From assembly GCA_003427395.1 (NCBI GenBank), contig BFEA01000009.1, forward strand, positions 3,652,863 to 3,716,862: a DNA stretch of 64,000 bases, read 5' to 3'. The DNA is from Chara braunii. Taxonomy: Eukaryota; Plantae; Charophyceae. Below, in pieces: positions 12,396-25,172 of this stretch. The translations under genes and the position numbers were made by a program. Every line of letters begins with the position of its first letter. Within the stretch, counting starts at the first letter, position 1. A model generated the notes under the pieces. That model was not told the DNA's origin, did no database searches, and was given only the letters and a program-made list of their open reading frames with translations.

Positions 12396-13004
12396 CCCCC
12401 CCTTTGAGCAAAGAGGGGCCCCCCCCGCCCCTCTTTTTTGCACCCCCTAATGACAAACAAACCCTCCATCCCTTTTTCTTTCTTTTTTTTTTTTTTTTTT
12501 TTTTTTTCCTTATTCTTTTTTTTTTCCCATTTGCATGCCAAGTGTCAACCAGCCGTTAAGGCCCTTTTCTAGGTTTTTCCTCTTGGTTTTGGCCCTTCCC
12601 ATGCTCAAGGGTCACTCCGTTGTTTCTCGGACTGCAGTTGCGGCCTTCCCATGTCCATGAGAGTCTCTGTTTGACTCTATCTCTTCCAAACGGTAGGCCC
12701 TCATGCTCTGATTTTCTCCCGGAGGTCTATTTTTCCCATGGAGCCTCTTTTGACTCCATCTTCTTAGGGGAGGCCAATCCGAGATTTTTCGGATTGCTCC
12801 CACGCCTCTACCTCCATGTTCCTTTGCCTTTTTTTTTTTTTTTTGCCTTCCCACTTGCTCCCAATAGTGCTCATTCTAGTGGTGCTAATATTTTTGGCCG
12901 TCAAATCCTTGATCTTGACGGTGCACCTTGCTTTAATTATTTGCACCTCACGGCGCGCCATAATTTTTCCTCGGGACTTCACAAGTCCCCGCCAATTGAC
13001 CGCG

Positions 13005-13175
13005 CTGGTCCCCGACACTAGGCCCGCTAGTAGTCCCCGTCAGTACTCGTCCCGCGCTAGTTCCCGGCATTAGTCTGGTCGGTGGTCCCCGACACTTTGT
13101 CCCGCCGGTGGTCCCCGACACTTTGTCCCGCCTGTGGTCCCCAACATTTTGTCCCGTCGGTGGTCCCCGACACCT
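13005..13175. repeat. Short ~26-bp tandem repeats (GGTCCCCGACACTTTGTCCCGC)
   Basis: About 5-6 degenerate copies visible. Confidence 0.8.
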
Positions 13176-13438
13176 TGTCTTCCTCTTGCTCCGCATGCCG
13201 ATCTTCCCGGTTGTGGCTCCTTACTTAGCCCATGACCCCTTGACCTTTTGTCCTGACCAAGTGCTCTCTAGTGCCGAATTTCTGACTAGGACCGATTCCC
13301 CCACCTGCAGAGGTTCTTTTATGATATTCTTGAGTTGATCCCACCTTGCCTTGTCTTTCATTCTGCTATCTAGGACTCAACTCACTACTTTTTCTGTTGC
13401 CTCCTTTAATTGTTCTGTCGTCAGGCGCGGGTCATCAT

Positions 13439-14395
13439 CTAGCCTATTCCAAGGCGCCGATATCTAGCCTCGGTTAATTGTTCCGTCGTCAGGCGCGGGT
13501 CATCATCTAGCCTATTCCAAGTCGGTACTGGGGCTTCCATTGGGAAATCAATTTCTCTCTCATACCACAACTCGACTGGAACACATCCTGTAGTTCTCTT
13601 TGGAGTTACATTCTCTGCAAAAACGACCTGCTTGAGGTACTTAGGCCAGTTCCCGATATCATCAGCCGCTAACTTCGCGATCGTGTTCTTCAGTGTCAGA
13701 TGTCCCCTTTCCACGGGCGGCGTATTGGCCTCCAGGTGGTATAGCTCAATTAGCTTAATGGGCACCCCGGGTCTTTTAGAAGTGTTCAAGACTTCCTGAT
13801 TCATGAACTCCATCCCATTATCAACTATAAACCTCCTGATGAATGAGTATCTCAGGTAAAAATCCTCAATCCAACCGGCCACTGATATCCCAGTTTTCTT
13901 CTTGAGAGTTACCGCTTCCACAAACCCACTAAGGTCATCTCTAGCGTCAAGTATGTACCGGTACCCTTTCGTAGATACGGGCATGACCTCGAGATCGAGG
14001 TGAACCAAATGTCCTGAACCAAGCACCCGCGTCGGTCTCAAAAACTCAAAAACACAAGCCGAACTCCGGTCTTGACAGATGAAACAGGTCTGGCAGTATG
14101 TGGCAACCATGCTCCCCATTCCTGGCCAGAAATAGAGTGACGCTATTTTTGCCAGCGTCCCCTTCAAGGAGCGATGTCCCCCTGCCAATCCATCATGCAT
14201 TGCCTGAATTACGTCCGCCAACCAAGATCGTCTGCACACGACCCTTCTAGGCATTAGACCTTCCTTCTTCTTGAATGAATGTCCGTTCTTCAATACATAC
14301 TTATCAACCTCCTCTCTTGCCTTGAGGCTGACCTCCCCCGCTTCCTTATTTTCTACGAGCAATAGATCTATCTCCTTGAAGAGCCCATCGTACAT
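13439..14395 (-). pseudogene. Integrase of element B (HHCC zinc finger + DDE core)
   Basis: HDGLAGGH...YCQTCFICQ; VHLDL; IVDNGMEF; VERGHLTLK. Confidence 0.9.
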
Positions 14396-14799
14396 CTGAA
14401 CATAGAAGTATTCCTTTGTATTTTGACGATCCTCCTCCTTAACCTATGCTTAACCGACTAGGTACTGTTGCCGCTTCTGTTCTCACAACTCAACCAGACT
14501 CATAACTATTTCCTGTCCCCCTTCTACAACCATTGCCATCAGCTCTTCCTGAAGCCCCACAATGTCACCCCATGAGTCCTTCTCTTACTTACAATTGGTC
14601 CTTGTAACTCTGCTCCCTCCCTGAGTTCTGCCACTACGGTAGGAGACTCTTTTTCCAATGCATAAAGCAACAATTCCCCGGATGTACAGGCCGGCTCCAC
14701 CATCTCGTTGTCTACCACAAGAGTCCCTCCCTCATAGTGGAGGAACGCATCGACGTGCTCCGCGTCCTCTACTCTTTCCGGTGTAATGCAAACCCTGCT

Positions 14800-15200
14800 C
14801 AGGCCATCGGCCCTATTCCTAAGGTCCGCAATGTGCTCGATTTTGCAATCAAACTGCCAGATGAACCCTACCCATCTTCCTACTGTCGGATCTATCGGCT
14901 TGTAGTTCTTTAGTTCTCCCACGACATTCGTCGGGTCGATCCTTAGGATGAATCTTCGTCCAAAGAGGTAAGCTTGAAAGGTCTTGAGGCAATGTAGAAC
15001 GACCAACACCTCCTTCTTCAATTGAGAGTAGCGACGCTCTGCTGAGTTCAGCGTCCCACTCTCGAAACTGGATTGGTCGCTCTCTCTCATCTTCACCCCT
15101 TTGTATTAGAACTCCTCCCACAACTAAAGGTCCCCGTCGGTCTCAAGCACAAAAGGACGCCCTACCTCATCGTAAAAACACGGAGCAGCAAGGATGACCT
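14800..15200 (-). pseudogene. RNase H of element B
   Basis: GGVLIQ...ERPIQFES; AERRYSQLKKEVL; FILRID; NRADGLSR. Confidence 0.85.
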
Positions 15201-15379
15201 GCTCGGACGTCAATATATCTTTGAGAGCCTGGACGGCGACTTCTCTCTCCTCTGTCCAGTCCATTGTACCTTCTTCGCGAATCATGGCCCGGATGGGTTC
15301 CGCTATCTTAGCGAAGCCTTTGATGAAAATTCTTCAAAATCCTACAATCCCTAGGAAGACCCTCATTTCTGTTGTGCTA

Positions 15380-16000
15380 CGGAGAGGTGTTGGTCATTGA
15401 GAGATTTTGCCGGTGTTGGTTGGATCGGGCTTCCTTCCATATGCTCCACAACAAAACCGTAAGATGGTCACTTCTAGAACTGCCAGGATACTCTTGGGAT
15501 TGCTGGCAGTGATATTGTACACCACGAACCTACGGAGGAGTTCCTTGATGTCATGTAAGTGATCCCATACGAACTTTCGCACTCCGGGTTAAACTTTTGT
15601 CTCATCCTTTTCTCGGGCGCCCTTAATCGGGTTGTTAGCAATGTCAGGTTCACACTTCGCAGGGAACATGTCTCCTGGAACTGCGAGCATTCCCCTTTGT
15701 GCTTCCACCACAATATTGGTGAAGCCCATAGGAGTCACTTACATTTGTAACTGGGCTACTCGAGTGTGCATGCTCGTGTTGGGTATATCCCGGGCATCCA
15801 GCGGGAGCTGATCGTATCCGGAATAAAGATCTACTAGTGAGTAAATACTTCGCCCGACATGGGATTCTACCAACAAGTCTGTTTGAGGCAGCGACCCTGC
15901 CTCCCGGATGGTGACAACATTTAATTTCTGCAGATCCTGGATCCACATAAGCGTCTTGTTAGGTTTCCGGAACGCAAACCGCATGTTTGCTTATGACGAT
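15380..16000 (-). pseudogene. Reverse transcriptase of element B (degenerate)
   Basis: QDLQKLNVVT; SLVDLYSGYDQ; PMGFTN; the expected YIDD position reads DIAN. Confidence 0.85.
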
Positions 16001-16995
16001 GCCGTGGTTTTTGCCACGAAGGAGTCCATCTTTACTCTAAGTAGCTTTGTCACTTCTCCTGCTACTCCGAAATCGTAGTCAGGTACCTTGTCATTCCATC
16101 ATTCGTGCTCAACTGTGTGGATCCTGACTGGAGGTATCAAATTTGCATTCAGTCGCCCCTTCTGATGGTCATTGAAGGCAAATGCTATGTGAAAATCTTG
16201 ACATGCTTTCTCAATTAAGAGTGTTTCCTGCTCTATCAGGAATCCCTCCACTCCTATCTTCATGGTCTCTACTACTTCATTCAGTATTCGATGCCCCTCT
16301 GTTGCCCTTCTTTCCTCCCTTTCCATGACCTCTTCCTTTGTTGTATCTAGCAGAATCGAGACAGGCTTAGCCTTCTTTCCTATTTGCGAACGCTTCCTTC
16401 TACGATCTTTCTCCTAAAAAATGAACAGTCAGAATCGTCCGTGGTGCTTCAGCAATTTGAGACTGGATACCGATCAATTTCCCATTTAGGCAATAGCCTT
16501 TTCGGACTTCTTCCCCAAACTTGGCGAGCGCAACTGGATCCACACCTACCTTATGGTATTGATAGCTTTGACAAGGTGCAGTAAGTCCGAGACTTCCAGT
16601 GTTATCTCTGCCTCCTAATCTCGAGTCTCCTTTGACCTAGGAAAATTGGTCATTAATTAGACCTCCGTTTCCTTTTCTATCAACATAACGCCCAAGACAT
16701 TGTCGTCCTGTCTCCGCTTTTTTTGCGATAGTCTCATTTTGACCCACTCCTTCTTGTTGAATGCTTCCTCGATCATGATTTCTACCCTCTCTCCCATCCC
16801 TTTTATTCGCGCGAAGACCCCCTTTCTGGCACTTTCCTCGAATGATGGTGACCATGTTGCTAATTTCCCCTTCGGCATGTCACCCCCTGTCCCGATGAGA
16901 CAGAGCAACTCACCACGCCCCGTCACCAGTTCTTCTATGTCTACCATGTATGTCCAATCATGCAAGTGCATCCCTATCATCTCCACATTTGCACA

Positions 16996-17260
16996 TCAAG
17001 GTTTTCCAAGGATTATGTCATGGTTTATTTCGTTCATGACGGTCATCCGCTGGAACAACCAAATGGACTCCCTAACCCCGGTCAAGGGGATTTCCCCACC
17101 TGCCCCACAAATGCTTCTGGTTGTCTCTTTGTTTACAACGCATCCCGTAATTTTCGCAAAGTCTCGCTTAATGAGCATGATTTCGCCCCTCTGTCTAGCA
17201 ACGCATTTGTGTGATGACTTGCAATCTGCACTTTTAACTTACCCAAAGGTCGCGCATGAA
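16996..17260 (-). pseudogene. Aspartic protease of element B
   Basis: ALLDRGA...(frameshift)...HDIILGKP. Confidence 0.75.
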
Positions 17261-17799
17261 AACTAAGCTTTGTTCCTGGTGGCACTCTCATAACTTCACC
17301 ATCTTCGTGATCTAGCAGGCTTAAACGGATGTTTGAGAAAACTTTCTCAAGGTCTTCTAGGTCCCTGGGAATCCTTTGGAGGTTGGCCACTTCTCGCGGT
17401 GCCTCCTCTTCCTTCTCTTCTTCTTGTTGTTCCGGCCCTTCATCTATCTCTACTCTTCGTCTTGTCAGCAATTGTCTAAGGCCTTTCAGGAGCTTAGGAC
17501 TCGCCTGCAGCATCGTCTGAAATGAGACTGACACCATGGTCCCTAACAATTTGCTAAGGGTGTCATCGATCTCGGGCATAATCAGAATAGGAATCTGATA
17601 CCGGAATTTCTTTTGGGCCGAGGTCGCTTTGTCTATCGGGGCCTCTTCTCTAGGTTTCCCGTAAACCTTCTCTTGCTCTTGTGCCTCTGTTTCCTGTGGC
17701 GCCCCCGGGCCATCCCCTGCCTCCTCCATAACTGCGTCCTACGCGACCTTTATTTCTGTCACTATTGCCTTGTGGTTACGTTCACCCTATCTCGCCCAT

Positions 17800-19618
17800 C
17801 GATTTTGAAAATAAAGTTAGCCTGCGGCCTACGCCCTCGCGCCTGTTCCCAAGCGATTTATGTCGCTAACTCCGCTTCTATTGTGGCGACGTCAGGATTG
17901 TTAAGTGCAATTATAGCACGACGCATCCCTCCCGAGGAGTTCCAATCCACTTTCTCTCCGCGGGGGCCTATGATTTCTCCTCGTAGCGTTCTAGAACATC
18001 ATTTTTGCACGATGTCATGGTTGATCCTCGGACATGTTCGCACAATGTGCCCAACCAATGTACAATATTTGCATTGGTCATTGGCCGGATCTCTCGTATT
18101 GAACCCTCGGTTAGCTATTCCGGTCGGAACCACAACTTCTTGCGGTGGGGGAGGGGGGGTCGGGCTACCTGGGCTTGCATTACCATTAATGCATTTTCCA
18201 CTCTTTCGATCTTGCTATCTACTCCATGTACGTGCTCATGCAGACTTTTTATTCCTCTTTTCACCTTATCCTCTGTTTTACCGGTTAGGTTTATGACTTC
18301 TCCCTCCTTCAGCAGAGCTAAGGAGTCGGTTACCACCATCTTTTCGGCAATATCTGTTACAGTGTTGAAGTCGACGTCCCTTGTATTCATGAAATTTGTG
18401 GTCTGCTGGTAAGTCGATAGGATCTTATCTTGATCGAACTTGATGAACTGTCTAAGGAAATACTTGCTCATTATGCGGTCTGTCACCCCCGGGATCCGCA
18501 ATGCCATGAGGGTGAATTCTCTAAGGAAATCGTTATATTTTGCGAAAAATTTCCTTTGTACCACAGCCAGTTCCAACTTTGTGGCCATCTTCTCGGATGC
18601 CATGTACCTCCTCATCATTACGTCCCGGACCTCCTTCCAGGATCTGCTGGTCACGACGATAGTCATTGTGTCCCTCCCTAGGTTCAGTGATACATGCTGC
18701 CGTAGGTGGTCCATTTTCTTTTCCTCACTCCACCTTAGCAGTGTTACCAAGTTCTCGTAATCTATTAGGAATTTCGTGATATTTGCCCCGTTGAACGTTA
18801 ACTTCTTCTTGGCATCAGCCATGTATTCCTGATTTTTATTTAGCGCACGCGTGAGTGAAGATACCATTTCTCTAAGCCCTCCTTCGGATCCCCCTATTTC
18901 GTCAGCGGCGCCGGATCCTTGTCCTTCCTTACCGGCTTCCAACCCTTCCCCGACCTTTGTCGTACCTTCCGGATCAAACCATCCCAACACCCTCTCTCTC
19001 AAGCTCCAAAGTGCTTTACACCCTGTTGCGACTATGGGTGAGGTTGCTGGTCGGCTTGCCCCGATGTGTATAGCAGGTGGGTTAGTGGCCTTCTCCGCCT
19101 CCAGTCTCGGAGATCCCATCCTCTCCTTTCCTTTCTTAGTCGGCGTCTCTCTGCGCTCCCTTGTCCTATCCTTTCTCCTTTGCATGGTATCATCCTCTCC
19201 CCCTCGACCCTGGTTTACCCCTTGTTCCTCGCGTGGCCCTTTCTCCGGTGAAATCCCCCTCGCTCTCATTCATCCTCTCTTCCATCAATTTTGCTTCATA
19301 CTTTGTCGCCCTCCTCTCTATCTCGACTAATTTTTTATGAGCGTCCGTTAGCCTCACTTTCTTTGATAGTGCCCCTTCCGATGCTCGTGGTGTCGGGCTA
19401 CCGTTATCCCTATCTCTCCCAGTTTCATGGGTCCCTCGTTTGTTCCCACCGGTTTTCCCTGAGCTTTCTCCTGTCACAACTTTCTTTCCTCCTTCCTTAG
19501 TACCTTCTGGATTTGTCGACTCCCGGTCCCTCACGGTCCCTTCATTCTGCTCTACATCCTTTTCTATGCTCTGACTTCCCTTGCCTCGTAGACTCCCTAC
19601 TTCTCCCTCAGTTGCCAT
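17800..19618 (-). pseudogene. gag: Gag of element B with CCHC zinc knuckle
   Basis: TFNGANITKFLIDYE...RWSEEKK capsid-like segment; CKYCTLVGHIVRTC at ~18040-18080; frameshifts. Confidence 0.8.
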
Positions 19619-20493
19619 CCTTCTTTAATCCTGCACATAGGGAAAAACAAATTCCGGGGTGGCAGACTGCCCAAAGGTCTTAGGATTTTTAGGTCCTAAC
19701 TGTCGGTTTCATAGTCTTTATATATTTGTCATTTCAGTATTCCATTTTTCTAGTGGTCATCTCAGGTCTGCCCCCTTTTTCGGTTCGCGGGGTATCGCCC
19801 GCCTTCCCTTTGAAAAACCTGCCGCTTTGGGTCGGTGTTTCGACACTACCGCGCATCGGATCTAAGGTGGCGTGTCCATGACGGAGTGGGTCCCTATTTT
19901 GGGGATGACCTTTTTCTTTCCTGCCCTTGGACACTTCTAGCGCCCTTGGCGATAGTGACCATCCTAGTCCTGTCCCGATCCATCCTTACATAGAGTAATA
20001 CTCCAACTGCTATCTTCCGGAGAGCGTTGTCCTCACTACTGTTTTTGTAGTACATCGCTATTTTTCCTCCATTAGGCCACCTCCCCGACGTTTTCTCACA
20101 CTGATTCCTCAGGCTCGTTTTGTTTGACGGACTCTTCGAACAGTCTAGCCACCCTCGCAAGATAGTTTTCCCCCATTCCTATTTCCCTAATAATTATCGA
20201 CTCATATTCTTCATAAGTCAGTCGTGGTGTCTTGAATATCAAAATGTTGATGAGTATTAGCAATTCTCAGGCCCTATTTCCCCAAAACGACCCGTGTTTT
20301 ACCGACACATCGTAAAACATTCCCGTTGTCTGCAGCTGGAAATGGTGTACCCGGATTAAGGTCGCATTCACCAGGTCTCTTGCCCTCAGGAGGCTTCCGA
20401 ATACCAAGTCTATCATGAAACGAGGTACTCGACCCGAGTCCTCAGCCCTACATTCCTTCTTCCCCGAATCTGCTGACTTGTTCGGGCCAATGC

Positions 20494-20832
20494 CTAGGCC
20501 GCTCTCCGAAAGATCGGTAGTAACCTATGTCCCAACGCCATCTTGGTCCCTAGCATGTGCCACCCAATCTCCGGAATATACAAGGTTCTAGTTACCCTTA
20601 GATCGATGTACAAGTCATCTCCTGTCCCTCTATTGAATCTCATGCCGCTCCATAGGCATTCCACCATCATGAAGGCTTGGTTCCTCCCCAGGGTCACAAC
20701 TCGCCATTCCACGTCAATCCCTCGAACCTCGTAGCTTGCAGGGAGCGACACCTTCCATCCGTTAGCGCTCTCTATGGGCGGGCGAGGGTGAGAGGGTCGC
20801 CTCGACATTCGGGTGTGCCTCATTGCCATCAC
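20494..20832 (-). pseudogene. Accessory ORF4 of element B
   Basis: Homolog of 230-616. Confidence 0.75.
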
Positions 20833-20948
20833 CGGTTGGTGGATTCCTACATGGTTCAGAAAAAAAGTAAATACCTCAGATTTCCTCTATAGCCCCAGAC
20901 CTTGCTATAGCCCCTGTTCTTTTCGTCGCCCTTGTTTTTTTTCCCTCT

Positions 20949-21725
20949 CTATTGGACTACCTCCTCCTCTGGTAGTTCGAATAAATGATAAATGTCGTCT
21001 ATGTAGGTCATCCCGCAGCTTACTTCGCGCCTAATGACTCCCCACATAGTTTCATCACTTACTAGCGGAATCCTTGGTCTCGTTAGTACAACCGCGCGCA
21101 AAACGCATAGCATTTCATATCCATGTTCTTCCTCAAATGGCCCCATATTCAGGAAGGCCCGATAATACTCTCGATGTACCATGGCGTCCTCAAAGTTCAA
21201 CCTAGGTAGTACTACTACCGCCTGCTCAACGCGATCCACACCTCTCATCCGTCCCAACATGAAGGGCGACAATCTCATTCGTACGGTTTCATTTGGCAGG
21301 GTGAAGGTTCCTGCCATGACAATTCTTACTTCAGTCGTCCCACTGTCCCGCTCCGGATCCACGAATTCAAACCCTTCTCGTAATGTTATCTGCCGAGCCT
21401 CTTCAAACATTCGCATGGGATCGCCCCCGGATGCCGAGGTGATCCCAAAGGTGCGCCAACCTTCTTCCGATAGGAACAACGATCCCTTGACATGTACGCG
21501 TCCCGGAAGGTCCAAGTTCATGCCCCCAAACTCCCCCCTTGCACGCCATTCCAACTCCACTACTAGATACACCGTGTCTTCCACCAACTCTGCTCCCACT
21601 CAGTCCATTATTGGGTTGCTTACTCCATTCCTTGCCGACATACTTATCTCTACCCTGCCATCTAAATCGCTTGGTGGCAAAATCCCACGACGTCTGTCTT
21701 CCCGAAGTGTCATTCTTCGAGCCAT
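20949..21725 (-). pseudogene. Accessory ORF3 of element B (~258 codons, one in-frame stop)
   Basis: ATG at 21725 (MARRMTLREDR) is in frame with ORF 20949-21599; homolog of 763-1534. Confidence 0.8.
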
Positions 21726-22753
21726 CCCGCAACGTCTCACTTTTCACTTTCTTCCAATCGACTGCTGCATCCACCGAAATTTCATGCTTCCTAGATTCAG
21801 TCCTTTCCTATGTGTCCCCCTCGACGGCGGCCATCACCGCCTCGACCGAGGCCGCGCGCCCGAGTTTGCACGCGACCACGCCGGGGCCAGGCGGGGGCGC
21901 GCGCTGAAAAACAATGCGCTCGCGCCGCCTGCGCACGTCGGCCACTACCACCCTATACAAAAAAAAAANNNNNNNNNNNNNNNNNNNNNNNNNNNNNNNN
22001 NNNNNNNNNNNNNNNNNNNNNNNNNNNNNNNNNNNNNNNNNNNNNNNNNNNNNNNNNNNNNNNNNNNNNNNNNNNNNNNNNNNNNNNNNNNNNNNNNNNN
22101 NNNNNNNNNNNNNNNNNNNNNNNNNNNNNNNNNNNNNNNNNNNNNNNNNNNNNNNNNNNNNNNNNNNNNNNNNNNNNNNNNNNNNNNNNNNNNNNNNNNN
22201 NNNNNNNNNNNNNNNNNNNNNNNNNNNNNNNNNNNNNNNNNNNNNNNNNNNNNNNNNNNNNNNNNNNNNNNNNNNNNNNNNNNNNNNNNNNNNNNNNNNN
22301 NNNNNNNNNNNNNNNNNNNNNNNNNNNNNNNNNNNNNNNNNNNNNNNNNNNNNNNNNNNNNNNNNNNNNNNNNNNNNNNNNNNNNNNNNNNNNNNNNNNN
22401 NNNNNNNNNNNNNNNNNNNNNNNNNNNNNNNNNNNNNNNNNNNNNNNNNNNNNNNNNNNNNNNNNNNNNNNNNNNNNNNNNNNNNNNNNNNNNNNNNNNN
22501 NNNNNNNNNNNNNNNNNNNNNNNNNNNNNNNNNNNNNNNNNNNNNNNNNNNNNNNNNNNNNNNNNNNNNNNNNNNNNNNNNNNNNNNNNNNNNNNNNNNN
22601 NNNNNNNNNNNNNNNNNNNNNNNNNNNNNNNNNNNNNNNNNNNNNNNNNNNNNNNNNNNNNNNNNNNNNNNNNNNNNNNNNNNNNNNNNNNNNNNNNNNN
22701 NNNNNNNNNNNNNNNNNNNNNNNNNNNNNNNNNNNNNNNNNNNNNNNNNNNNN

Positions 22754-23599
22754 TCGAACCAACAGCAGAATCGCATCACGAGATTCACCAAATAAGAACA
22801 CACCAAGAGTTCATAATTGACAATGCTGAAATAGTCCCATCATCATCAACAAAGAACCAGAGTTGATATCCTATCTGGCGCTCGGCGCCCAGACTACATG
22901 TGGCAGATCCTATCTAGCCTATACTATGATACCGAAAGATGACGTCAACAACATTCCCGAAGTACGAGCATATGGCGACCAATGTCGCACGCTTCCAACA
23001 CCAGGTATGTCTCTCGCCACACTCACAACCTCGTTCCCCAACACACAGATGCCACTAGCACCCAAGGACCACCCTGCGCTTCACCCAGCTTACAACAGCG
23101 CAACTCAGATATGGCTGTGTGCTCCTACCCTGCTCGCCCGTGAGAGCGTAGGCGCCAGACAGCAAATAGCGCAGCAGCGCTTGTGCAACATGCAGCCAGC
23201 ACCCGAATGCCGAATGAGGAGGCAGGCCCTTTGCTATATCGAAGTGGCCTGCCTGCGTCCAGTCCCAGGAAGCTTCCAGTAGGCCCCGGTAGCCTGAGGC
23301 CCAGTACGATCGAGCACAGGCCCGGGGCCTGCGGTAGTTGCATGTGCCCAACTGCCCTTGGCATGTGTGTGGCCCAGTACCCGTATCCAGCCCAGGGCCT
23401 GCTTTCCATTCATTCACACAAACGGCCCAGGGCCTGGGTTTCTTCAACCAACTGGCGCTGCGCAACTGCCTGAATTTCCTTAGTTGCGCAGAGGCCGAAA
23501 TAAGGCCCTGAAGGCCTCGTCGGGCCTGCCTTCACTTAGGGCGGCCGACGTGCTGTATAAGAGGGGCCGAAAGAGGCTCATAGAGGCAGTGGCCTCACA
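22754..23599 (-). mobile_element. 3' LTR of a chromovirus (runs into the gap)
   Basis: Begins TGTGAGG on the minus strand immediately after the polypurine tract. Confidence 0.75.
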
Positions 23600-23612
23600 T
23601 TCCCTCCTCCTT
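23600..23612 (-). other. Polypurine tract (AAGGAGGAGGGAA)
   Basis: Lies between the chromodomain stop and the LTR TG. Confidence 0.8.
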
Positions 23613-23635
23613 AGTTCAACAGTCCTCTGAGAAGC

Positions 23636-25172
23636 TCAATCTTCGACCATCGGGCGCTTTCCTTTCTGCAGAGATTTCTCATATTGAGATACAACTTGAG
23701 GAGCGGTCTGCATGAGTTCTTCCCTCGTGAACCAGCGGTCCTCCTTCAGTATGATGTAGGAACCGAACGCGGTACTGCAGCTTCGGTTTCGGAGGACGTC
23801 CCCTGCCTGTAGGTCTCTGAACTGGCAGCTCCCTGTGATCCACGATGTCATCAATGTCCACTTCTTCGTCCATGGTTGGGGGCAGCATTGAGCGACGAGA
23901 AGGAAACTGATTAGTCTCTTTGAAAGGTGCTAGCTTGGAGGCGTGAAAGACAGGGTAAGTATGGAGATGACCAGGGATCTGGATAACATAAAATGGCCCA
24001 TCCGGATCTATCCCCACGATGTCCAAGACTTCCCAGGGTCCAAAGTACTGGGGCATGAGTTTGCGGGAGATCCCGTGCTCCTGTCCCATTTCTGAAGACT
24101 TAACCCAGACCCTATCCCCAACCTGAAATGTAGAAGGTCGGCGATGTCTATTTTCAGACTCTATCATTGCAGCCTGCTCCATCTTCTGCTCATAGCGGTA
24201 AGCAAATTCTAAGGTACCTGGTGCAGCAGTGGATTGATTCTAAGGGAGAAGAAAGTCTAGGGGCAGTCTAGGCTTAAATGTTAGCAGTAAGTTGTTTGGG
24301 CTCACCCCGGTGGCGCTGTGTACAGCGTTGTTGTACAAGCTGGCGATGAGAGCAAGCTTCTTATCCCAGTCCACCTGGTTGGGCTTGATGTAATGCCTCA
24401 ACAGGTGTTGTACAATGCGGTTCAATTGCTCGGCCTGACCGTTGGCCTCTGGGTGATTCCCAGAAGTCATCTGCAACTGAGTTCCCTGCTTTGCAGCAGC
24501 GACCTTCCACAACTCACTGGTAAACCGGACATCCCTGTCACTTATAATAGACTTCGGTAAACCAAAGTCCCGAACCAAGTTTTCTTTGAACATTCTGATC
24601 ATATACTCTGTTCTTGTTGTTTCCGGCATTGCCACTAACCTAGCATACTTGCTAAATCTATCCACAATGACAAAGATGTGTCGCATCCCACTCTTGCTGG
24701 TGATCAGAGTATCCATGAAGTCCATGGACAGACTCTCACCAGGCCTTTCCGGAATCGGAAGCGGCTTCAAGAGCCCAAGAGGGGCCTGTGTACGTGGCTT
24801 GTTTCTCTGGCAAACTTGACACGTTTCCACGTAAAGCTGAGCATCTCTCATCACCGTGGGCCACCAGAATCGCTGCAGCAGATTAGCTGCGGTCTTTTTG
24901 TACCCAAAATGATCGGTGGCATCATGACATTCTCCTAAAAACAAACTGCGCAAAACTCGCTATTCGGGACACACAAACGCTTATTCCCTGCCTTCTCAAG
25001 GAACAACAAGCCATTGACCAACTCAAACTCGGCAGAGGTCTTCTTGTCCTTCGCCTGCAATCTGCGTATGATCTCAGACATAAACTGGTCCTCGCGATAG
25101 GCTTCCACCAAGGACTGAGTAACATCGTCCGTCAGATCGAACTCAGTAATTAGCGCACCCGAGAAATCAGGT
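23636..25172 (-). pseudogene. Chromovirus integrase plus chromodomain (frameshifted)
   Basis: CHD..HFG...CQVCQ; SMDF; SDRD.RF; GQAEQLN; FGPWEV; VFHASKL; IDDIVDHR...YRVRF...EDRWFTREEL. Confidence 0.92.

Larger units (their letters stand above)
13420..21800 (-). mobile_element. Degenerate Ty3/Gypsy LTR retrotransposon B (accessory ORFs - gag - PR - RT - RH - IN); integrase end rearranged
   Basis: Gypsy domain order; many frameshifts and stops; 35-bp local duplication near 13417/13486 at the truncation. Confidence 0.9.

Noticed and set aside
21181-22866. Long ORFs of 282-561 aa
   Set aside because: Artefacts of the N gap and antisense to accessory ORF3
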